From positions 620,001 to 663,728 of the forward strand of contig JAPEUD010000004.1 in NCBI GenBank assembly GCA_026026165.1: a stretch of DNA of 43,728 nucleotides, written 5' to 3'. This document shows positions 36,052-43,728 of this stretch, piece by piece. The notes under the pieces are model-generated. The model did no database searches. It was given only the letters and a program-made list of their open reading frames with translations, and was not told the origin of the DNA. Source of the DNA: Sarea resinae. Lineage: Eukaryota. The position numbers and the translations under genes are program-made. Within the stretch, counting starts at the first letter, position 1. Every line of letters starts with the position of its first letter.

Positions 36052-37807
36052 TTACTGGCTGCCCTTGATCTTCTCCTCCGTGGCCTTTTTCACTTTCTCG
36101 CCAAGGCCGCTGTCGACTTTTCCGAACATTGCTGTACGACACACGTCTCGTTAGTGTTTTGTCTCAAGCAGGGGTCCATTTCAAAACGTACCGTAAGCCT
36201 CGTCCCGAATGAACTTCTCCGAGACGCCGCTGAGGTTCGAGGAGAGGTTGTCGATGAATCGCTGCTGCGCGCCCTCTTGCTTGGCCATGATGGCCCACAG
36301 CGCCTTCGGCTGCTCAAAGTCCTTGTCCGTCAGCTCGGTCGCGACGGCCACGGGCAGCGACGCCGATGTGTGGTCCAGGGACTTCGGCGCGGCTTGTGTT
36401 GGCGCCACCTTATCCCCACCGTTATCCTGTACTCGGACGGTGTGGGTGTTGCCCTTGTCGGTCAAGTTTGCCGGCTTGAGCTGGGAGCCATTGTAGTTCG
36501 GGTCTCCGCCGTAGTTCTTGCTGAAGTTCATGAATCCATCGCGCTCGGTCGGGGTATAGACTGGGGCCTTGGGCGCATTGGTGGGCAGGTGTTGGTAGTT
36601 GGTTCCGAGTCGGTAGCGTGCGGCGTCGGGGTAGGCGAACATTCTTGCCTGCAGCATGGGATCGGGGCTCGCGTCAATACCGGGGACCATCTGGCTCGGG
36701 CTGAAGGCTGCTTGCTCGATCTCGGCGAACCAGTTCTCTGGGTTCTTGTCCAGCACCATGCGGCCGACTCTGCGGAGAGGGTACTGCTTCTGCGGCCAGA
36801 CCTTTGTCATATCGAAGACGTTGAACGGAGCCTTGGCAATGTCGTCCGGTTCCATCACTTGGACGAAGACGTTCCACGAAGGGAAATCGCCCTTGTTGAT
36901 CGCGTTCTGCAGATCCACCAGATGATAGTCCGGGTTGGCTCCGGCGATTTTAGCCGCCTCTGCGTCCGTAAAGTAGTCAATCCCCTGGTTGGTTTTGAAG
37001 GTCATGCGGACATAGCGGTATGACCCGTCGGCCTTGGTGAAACTATACGTGTTGCCGCTGTAGGCATTGACGTGACGGACGGACGACGGAAGACCTCGGT
37101 CGCCAAAGAGGAACATGAGCGCATGGATTCCCTCCTGGTTGCTGGTATGAAAGTCCCAGAACGAATCGAGACTGGGGGCGTTTGTTTTCGGGTGCTTCTT
37201 GTGGCTCCGATTCATCGAAGGGAATTTGACCGGATCTCGAACAAAGAAGACAGGCTGATTACAGGTTAGATGCAAACTTCACCACGACAGGCTCACTCGC
37301 CTGATTATTGAAAACCCAGTCATTGTTGCCTTCGGTGGTCTTGAACTTGACAGCGAAGCCTCTGAAATCTCGCACCGTGTCTGCCGAGCCCTTTTCTGGT
37401 CCGACGGTCGAGATCCGGGTCAGAACCTCGGTCTTGTTGCCGATGCCATTCAAGAATGCCGCATTGGTGAGATCAGAGATATCTTCGGTGACTTCAAAAT
37501 AGCCCCTCGCGCCCGCTGCTTTGGCGTGGACGGTCCTTTCCGGGATTCGCTCTCGGGAGAAGTGAGCCAGATTCTCGATGAGCTGAGTGCTTGACATCAA
37601 GACGTGGCCACCACCAGAACCGGTCAGGATCTGGTTGGTCGTGTCATCTCTCGGCACCGGCACTCCTTCTGCAAGAGTGTAGGTGGGTTTGCCGTTGTTC
37701 GAGGCCGCCATTTTGGAGGAGTTGTGAAAAAGAGCTGAACGGGAGAGTCGAATTGTGCGGAATGCGTGCGAAATGCGAGTGGCAGGCAAAGAGGTCGGTC
37801 GAAACAT
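36052..37807 (-). CDS. Small-subunit monofunctional heme catalase (3 exons, about 549 aa) with putative mitochondrial presequence
   Basis: Exons 37807-37301, 37254-36192, 36131-36052 (1650 nt). HFSRERIPERTVHAK (distal His), ADTVRDFRGFAVKF, NNQPVFFVRDP, DPMLQARMFAYPDAARYRLG (proximal Tyr). Intron 1 is GC-AG. Second in-frame ATG at 37711. Confidence 0.93.
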
Positions 37808-38750
37808 GTCAGCAATAAAGATGTTTCTATCTGAGCCCGGCGGGAGGATGCGTCTGGAATTTGTACCCTGCGCAAGCCGTAATGGACCGAGTCATGTTCG
37901 AGCATGATTGCATTGGCCGGCTCGTCATTGGCCACCTGCAGCGGGAACGGCAGCTGGCAGCCGATGGAACGCGTTCGAGACCAGGCATGGATCTCGACTC
38001 AAGTCGTCACACCGATGCAGATCGGGCGCGAGTAAGGTGGTAATGTGGTAATGTGGTAATGCGGTGATGGGGGGGGGGCGACCGAGAAAGCAAGTGAAGC
38101 GGCGCAGGAAACACCATACATACGCAGATCGTGGGGTCTTGGGTCGTCGTGCCTCCCTGCAAGCGCGAGAAAGTGTTGCGGGTGACGGTTGATGAGCTCA
38201 TCGGTCGGCTAACTCGGATGGAATGCCATGGCTGGACCGCATGGAGATCTGAACAAACATGGATCCAATTTGGATCGGGTCTCGATCTCGGGCTCAGGAA
38301 CTGCATACTCGCCGACTCGCCAACTCGCCAAATCCTCGCCAAGGTCGATGACATCGTCCTTTGATGAGACATTATTATTCGACAAAAGACCCTCCGAGGT
38401 GATGAATGCAGACGAAGCCTTTTCGCAATGCTGTGGAGAAATCGTTAGAGGAGCTGTGTCGCCATTACCTACCATCGCACTCGCTCCAGCTTAGCTCTTA
38501 GCTGCTTAGCTGTCTTATCGTGACCAAGCCGAACTTACTCTCTTATCTTCTACCATGTCTACTCCGTAGACGACTCCGTAGAAAGCTCGAGGATGAGAAT
38601 GGCCAGGCCAGGCGGTCGGAGGCACGGTCGTTGGCCTGGACAGGGGCCGGTACCGAGGTACTTGCGGCACGTGCTGCAAGGAGCCGCCGGAGTACGTACA
38701 GGAAGTAACGTCCACGGTGTTGGCGGATCGAAAAGGAACAGTGCAATTGC

Positions 38751-38757
38751 TTAGTAA
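38751..38757. promoter_or_regulatory. Candidate Yap1/AP-1 response element (TTAGTAA) about 950 bp upstream of catalase
   Basis: Exact match to the canonical YRE TTA(C/G)TAA; a 7-mer can occur by chance. Confidence 0.3.
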
Positions 38758-39229
38758 TATGGCTTAGCGAGGGGATACGGATAGCGATAGTCGTGTCGAG
38801 TTGCTTTTACCAGGTTCATCATCGGTTTCTTACTGCAACAAGTCAGATCAATCAATCAATTTCGTGCTACCATCATCGTCACCTGTTCTAGGGCCTCACA
38901 ACGATCGGTGACGTGGTCAGCCGCTCTGTATGCATTGCGCCTTCGATAAAATCACTGTTCTTCTTCAGGGATAGTGAATCATAGCCTCCGTCGGACTGCA
39001 GAGCACGTCAGAAGCCTATTATTACGTACCGATTGCGCAAGTGGCGTAAAGGGGCCACCAGAAGTACAGAGAACTTCGTACCTGGTAAGGGTCGCGGAAG
39101 GTGCCAATAGTGCACTTCCGCTGCGGAAGCAGCAGCGTTGCTATATAGGTAAGGTAGGTACAGGTATAACTAGTACTAAAGGCTAGTTATTGCAGTCTTT
39201 TTGGCCTAGTTACCTGTTTTTAGGACCTT

Positions 39230-41430
39230 AACACCTATCGTGACCGTTTCGACGACTTCTCAAGGCTATTGAGATTGGTCGTGTTTGAATCGGCTTCTTA
39301 GATGATGAAGGCCTGAACAAGATATTGTCACGAGTGTGGGAACGGAAAGATTTGCGAGAGAGCTGCCCCTTTCTTTTCAATGAGCTAAAGGAACTTTCAC
39401 ATCCTGCTGCTAATGACTTCGTATATGCTTCTTTGTGGCGCCGCAATGATCCCAATATACGCGGCTTTGTTGTTTGTTGGGCTAGTGCTATGTGTTCGCC
39501 TAGTTCCTGCATCACTTCGTTGAACTCGTCATCGTTCATACCTAATATTGTAGTTCTAGTCTAATTGTCTTTGTGTTGTTTAAGTGATATTTTTCCACGA
39601 CCTCGTCTGAGTGGGTTGCTGTTAACTAGATTTCCTGTTTTTGCGTTATTCGGTCCTGTCAATACAGACCAGTCGCTATTCAAAGTATTTTCGGATAATC
39701 GGTTACATGGGATTCAAAAGTCGTCAACTAGATGATGCGCAGAGTCTCGTACTCGCTCTCCGACGGCCTGTTTCTTAGATGTCTCCTGGGTCTCGAAATC
39801 GGCCAGATAGGTCAAGACACGAGAAGACACTTCTTTAGTCGATTCGCTGACTATGTTCTGCAGAAAATATTTGAGCATGTTGTCCTGTCCTGCATCGGAG
39901 ATAGAGTGCTGATAAACCAGCTGTACTAGCTTGGCTGGCTAATACGTCCTCGCATAGTTGTCAAGGGAGCAACGTTTCAGCATGTCAAGGAGCTGTGGAT
40001 CTGCGAGGGCGCTGGTATACTCCTGTTCAACGTTTCCACGGCTGAAATCTTCAAACCCAAACTTAGATGACTTTGCTGTCAACGTCTTGGCTTGTTCGTG
40101 GTTTCAGAGATTATATCGGCCGAAGTAGAAATGCTGGCTGTCAATCCCAGGCCGCTCCAGGTTCACGTATTGGAGTTGGGTTGTGGGTGAGAGCTGTGAA
40201 AATTATCATACTTGAAGGTGCGTTTTTCGGACTCACGCGGAGAAGAAACGTCACCCTCTCTATATCACTGTGGTGGCCTTAACCTGATGACTGTGCTTGG
40301 CCGAAAATTTGAGCGCCTGCAATTCCGATCGGATTTGTTGATGATCAGCATCACTCTGGTTTCCGATTCAGTGTCACTCTTACCTCAGGATCATTCCTTG
40401 CCTCTGGTGGGGCGTCCATCCACACCTCAACTATTCGCGCCTCGCGTGTCATTTTAGCACATAGGAAGACAGCGGTAGAGAAGCAGATGTATAGGCACAT
40501 GAGCTGCAGACTTAAAATCGTCCTTGTCCTTGCCATCTCCATTTGCAACCGCGTCGTGATTGACGTCGAAGAGGGGTTAGAATTCAACCTTGTCTCCGCG
40601 TCCGAGTGTAAACCCAGACTCTTGTGGACGGCCTTCAAGAGCTTTAGTATCTTGCAAGACTGTTTCTATTCGTCATATCCCAACATGAATACGCATTTAT
40701 GGCCTTTGTATCGGCAGACTTCAACAACAATAGCATTATCAACTTATCGAGATGCTTTAATTCCCTCGTTAAAGATTTTCGTCGTTATTGTCTTTGTCTT
40801 CTCTTTCGGACTCGCTCTAAGATTGTGAAGTGAGAGCAGAGGACAGAGCTATTCACTTTCAAATGACTCAGTGACTAAACAGATATTCACGGCCAAATGG
40901 CCTGCTGACCAAGCAGAAATGTTTTTCGCACTTGCGCAAGAGATAGACTTAAGATCCCACGACTGCAATCTAAGCTCTTAGTACAACGCGATGAGCTTTC
41001 TAATTTTATGAGAGGAAAAAGATCGTCCACGGCCTGAGTCTAGCCGTAGAGGACATCCAAGCTCGAGTATAGTTCGTCAAAATCCTGTCAATAGGTCGAA
41101 GAATCGCTATGAATACCGAGTAGCTAGTCAAGTTCGAGGATAGCAGCGCGGACGCCGATTGGCGTCGGAGGGCAACCCCACACGGGGTTTCACGAATTAT
41201 ACGACATATTTGATCTCATTGAAGGCACCGACAACTGCACCATTTTGTTACGGGGGTTCGAAGCCTGTTCGGTGAACGTTCAGTCATGGATCAAATTCGG
41301 AGAAAGTTTCCCCTTGGCGAATCCTGTGGTAGTACTCGAGTTAGATAGAGATAAGTTAGATGCCAACAAATTTCCAGGGATCCGTCCGTTTGTCTTTGAT
41401 AGCACGTATTGCATATTTGCATTCTAGCAC
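39230..41430 (-). pseudogene. Degraded coding relic(s) with in-frame TAA/TAG stops, identity unknown
   Basis: Minus-strand frames read as protein-like stretches broken by TAA/TAG (KIFNEGIKASR*VDNAIVVEVCRYKGHKCVFMLGYDE*KQSCKILKLLK; DPWKFVGI*LISI*LEYYHRIRQGETF), consistent with CAA/CAG to TAA/TAG transitions. Confidence 0.4.
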
Positions 41431-41700
41431 CTAGTTAACTAGAGGCTAGACAAATCTACAAACTCCTACACATTAGGCCTTTAGCAGCTAGGTAGGAAAA
41501 GATACGTCGGGTAGTTGCAAATGTAGTGGCAGGATATAGGTATTATAACAAGCAATATCTTCTACGTGTAATTAAAGTACAGGTGCGATAATATGTGCTG
41601 TTTTAGTGTAGAATAGAAGAACTTAAAAGTCTTATACTATCTACACTAGTGAGAATGCACCTATCTCAAGCATTTGATAATAACTTAGAGTATTTACTGC
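41430..41700. repeat. TpA-rich RIP-like patch directly downstream of the decarboxylase gene
   Basis: Dense cta/tag/ata content, AT-rich, abrupt boundary against the GC-rich CDS. Confidence 0.55.
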
Positions 41701-41721
41701 CCTGGCGAGGAGGCCACCCCT

Positions 41722-42783
41722 TTACACGACCAGCGCATCAGCATCGTGGTACTTGTCTAGCTTCAGTACTTTCTTGGCATTGTCCCGTCCCACCAGACGG
41801 TACCCGTCCACGCCGCCCAGCGCCTCCTTGATGGCAGCGGCGTCGCCGTCGAACCAGGTGCATCCATCCTCAATGGTCTCGTACGGGTAATCGACGCTGA
41901 ACAAGATACGGTCGACGCCAATCTGATCGGCCACGTACTTGAGCGTGATGGTCGAGAAATGCCCACTGGTCGTGACCCAGATGTTCCGCTTGAAGTAATC
42001 GTAGATGGTCTTCTGCCACACCCATTTTCCTTCTTTGGCCGCGAGCTTCTTCTTTTTGTCCTCGAACCAGTGATTGATGCGCCAAAAGTCAAAGGGAATG
42101 TGTTCGCCCAGGTGGCCCACGATGACCTTGAGCCTCGGGAAACGATCGAAGACGCCGTTGATGATGAGGCCGAGGAGGTGCAGCGACACACCGTTGGCAA
42201 AGCTCAGTGGGGGGCCCACCAGGAACTTGCGCTGCGCGTAGAGCTGCTCATACAAGACGCCTTGCGGGGAGGCCGGGTGGATATACACGGGCACGTCGAG
42301 GTCCTGCACCGTCTCCCAGAAGACGTCGTACGCCGGCTGGTCGTAGAAGAGGTACGTTTCGCCCTTTGGTCCCGCGTGCTGATAGTCGTTCACGAGCGCC
42401 CCGTGGAAGCCCAGCTCTCGGACCGCGCGACGGAGTTCTTTGGCCGCCTGCGCCGGATCGTGCAGCGACAGAGCAGCAAATGCGCCCAGCTTGTCCGGGT
42501 GGGCCTTGATCTTCTCGGCGACGTAGTTGTTGACCTCGGTGGCCTTCTTCTCCGCCGCAGCCTGATCGGCGATGCCCTGAATGCCGGGTACTGTGTGCGA
42601 TACGATGGTGTACCCGATGCCGTGCTCGTCAGCCAGACGCACGCGCTCCGAATTGATGTCGACGATCTGTCGCAGATATCGCTCTTGGTCGTCGGGCGCG
42701 ATCCAGAGGTCTGCCTCCCTCTTGTCCTTTTCCCCCTGGCCAGGAAGGTCGAAAGCTTCTTCGAGGGCGATTTTGCCAAGCAT
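41722..42783 (-). CDS. Amidohydrolase-superfamily (de)carboxylase: 2,3-dihydroxybenzoate / salicylate / gamma-resorcylate decarboxylase-like, intronless, 353 aa
   Basis: N-terminal MLGKIALEEAF (metal ligand Glu), GAFAALSLHDP, LDVPVYIHP, GPPLSFANGVSLH, VIVGHLGEHIP, WVTTSGHFST, RILFSVDYPYE: hallmark motifs of fungal hydroxybenzoate decarboxylases. TATA-like ATATAAA on the minus strand near 42915-42921. Confidence 0.92.
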   Translation of the reverse strand: MLGKIALEEAFDLPGQGEKDKREADLWIAPDDQERYLRQIVDINSERVRLADEHGIGYTIVSHTVPGIQGIADQAAAEKKATEVNNYVAEKIKAHPDKLGAFAALSLHDPAQAAKELRRAVRELGFHGALVNDYQHAGPKGETYLFYDQPAYDVFWETVQDLDVPVYIHPASPQGVLYEQLYAQRKFLVGPPLSFANGVSLHLLGLIINGVFDRFPRLKVIVGHLGEHIPFDFWRINHWFEDKKKKLAAKEGKWVWQKTIYDYFKRNIWVTTSGHFSTITLKYVADQIGVDRILFSVDYPYETIEDGCTWFDGDAAAIKEALGGVDGYRLVGRDNAKKVLKLDKYHDADALVV

Positions 42784-43371
42784 GACGATGACGATGACAA
42801 AGATAGTCTCTGGGAAGAATAATTACGAACGAATCGATTGCAAATGTTTGTTATTCCGCTGATTGATGTTGAATAAACAGCCTCTGATTTTGTTGCCAGC
42901 GGACGGCCATGGCGTTTATATATTGTTTTTCCCACTCTTTCCCCCACCGCTCTCCGGGTATCGCCCCGTCGGCGACATTCCCTTCCAGCGCCTTCAATTG
43001 ACCCATGTGTCGGATAATGTTCAGGTGAGGGGTAGGCGGATGCGATCATAGGAATCGTGGAAATCGTGGAAATAAAGTCGAGAGTGTGGTGATAGATGGC
43101 CCTGGCTGCGAAGATCATGTCGTGATGGTCGCGGAGACGTCGGTGGGAGTTGCTGGGGTTTGCCAGAGCGATAGGCTGAGAGCTCCTGTCTCTCGATCGG
43201 CCATCGGCGCAATCGGCGCAATCGGAGACCGAGCACCGCGACTTCTCGAATGGTCACGACATTAAAGTCGAAGGACAAATCGTACTCGAAACTATTGCGT
43301 ACAGAAAGGAAAAGAGAGTGGAGACATGATTTGCACAGCTAGCACGACTTCCTGCGAATGGGTTTCAAGCA

Positions 43372-43600
43372 GAGCGCGCTCGAGCGGCATCAATTGTCGC
43401 TGTCCGGCGCTGAGAGTCCCGGCACTTATGCCCGCGTCAAGACCGCCCCGCTCCTGGACAAATCCCCACAGACCCACGGCGGCCAGGACAATTTGGCACT
43501 CCTCAGGGGTGGAGACGTCGAAAGGATCGAAGCTGGCTTGAAAAGTGGTCCCGTCGGGCAAGAACACGGCTTCCTGAGGCACTGCGATGATACGCTGACG
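43372..43600 (-). pseudogene. Truncated fragment of an ABCC/MRP-type ABC transporter NBD2, cut at its 5' side by the telomere
   Basis: Reading from 43600: RQRIIAVPQEAVFLPDGTTFQASFDPF...LAAVGLWGFVQERGGLDAGISAGTLSAGQRQLMPLERALL. It contains the Q-loop and LSAGQRQ signature; no Walker A upstream (telomere there) and no recognisable Walker B downstream. Confidence 0.8.
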
Positions 43601-43601
43601 C

Positions 43602-43728
43602 GGGTTAGGGTTAGGGTTAGGGTTAGGGTTAGGGTTAGGGTTAGGGTTAGGGTTAGGGTTAGGGTTAGGGTTAGGGTTAGGGTTAGGGTTAGGGTTAGGG
43701 TTAGGGTTAGGGTTAGGGTTAGGGTTAG
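43602..43728 (+). repeat. Telomere, (TTAGGG)n, about 21 perfect repeats to the window end
   Basis: Uninterrupted GGGTTA array, G-rich strand running 5'->3' toward the end of the sequence. Confidence 0.99.

Noticed and set aside
35962..37023. 353-aa plus-strand ORF
   Set aside because: Antisense shadow of catalase exon 2.
38007..38746. Several short ORFs upstream of catalase
   Set aside because: No recognisable domain or consistent splice structure; probably promoter DNA or an unidentifiable relic.
41959..43118. 287-aa plus-strand and 242-aa alternative-frame ORFs
   Set aside because: Overlap the decarboxylase; explained by its biased codon usage.

Overview
Right-hand end of a chromosome from a filamentous ascomycete (Pezizomycotina-like: short GT-AG introns with CTRAY branch sites, RIP-like TpA-rich patches, terminal TTAGGG telomere). 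Left to right: (i) about 6 kb of decayed DNA with a Ty3/gypsy-type gag relic and a RIP-like patch; (ii) an orphan gene and a secreted YOR389W-like gene; (iii) a compact housekeeping block of signal peptide peptidase, PPIL1-type cyclophilin, Rab escort protein (with a box C/D snoRNA in its last intron), exosome Rrp43 and a ferric reductase; (iv) a subtelomeric stress/detox-type block of a 15-exon AtrB-like PDR ABC transporter head-to-head with a Zn2Cys6 transcription factor, an MDR enoyl-reductase-like gene, a catalase with a predicted mitochondrial presequence and a GC-AG intron, and a 2,3-dihydroxybenzoate/salicylate decarboxylase-like amidohydrolase; (v) a fragment of an ABCC-type nucleotide-binding domain fused directly to about 21 telomere repeats, which suggests chromosome breakage healed by de novo telomere addition. 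Exon boundaries were read by hand and give in-frame totals. Family assignments come from recalled motifs, not database searches.
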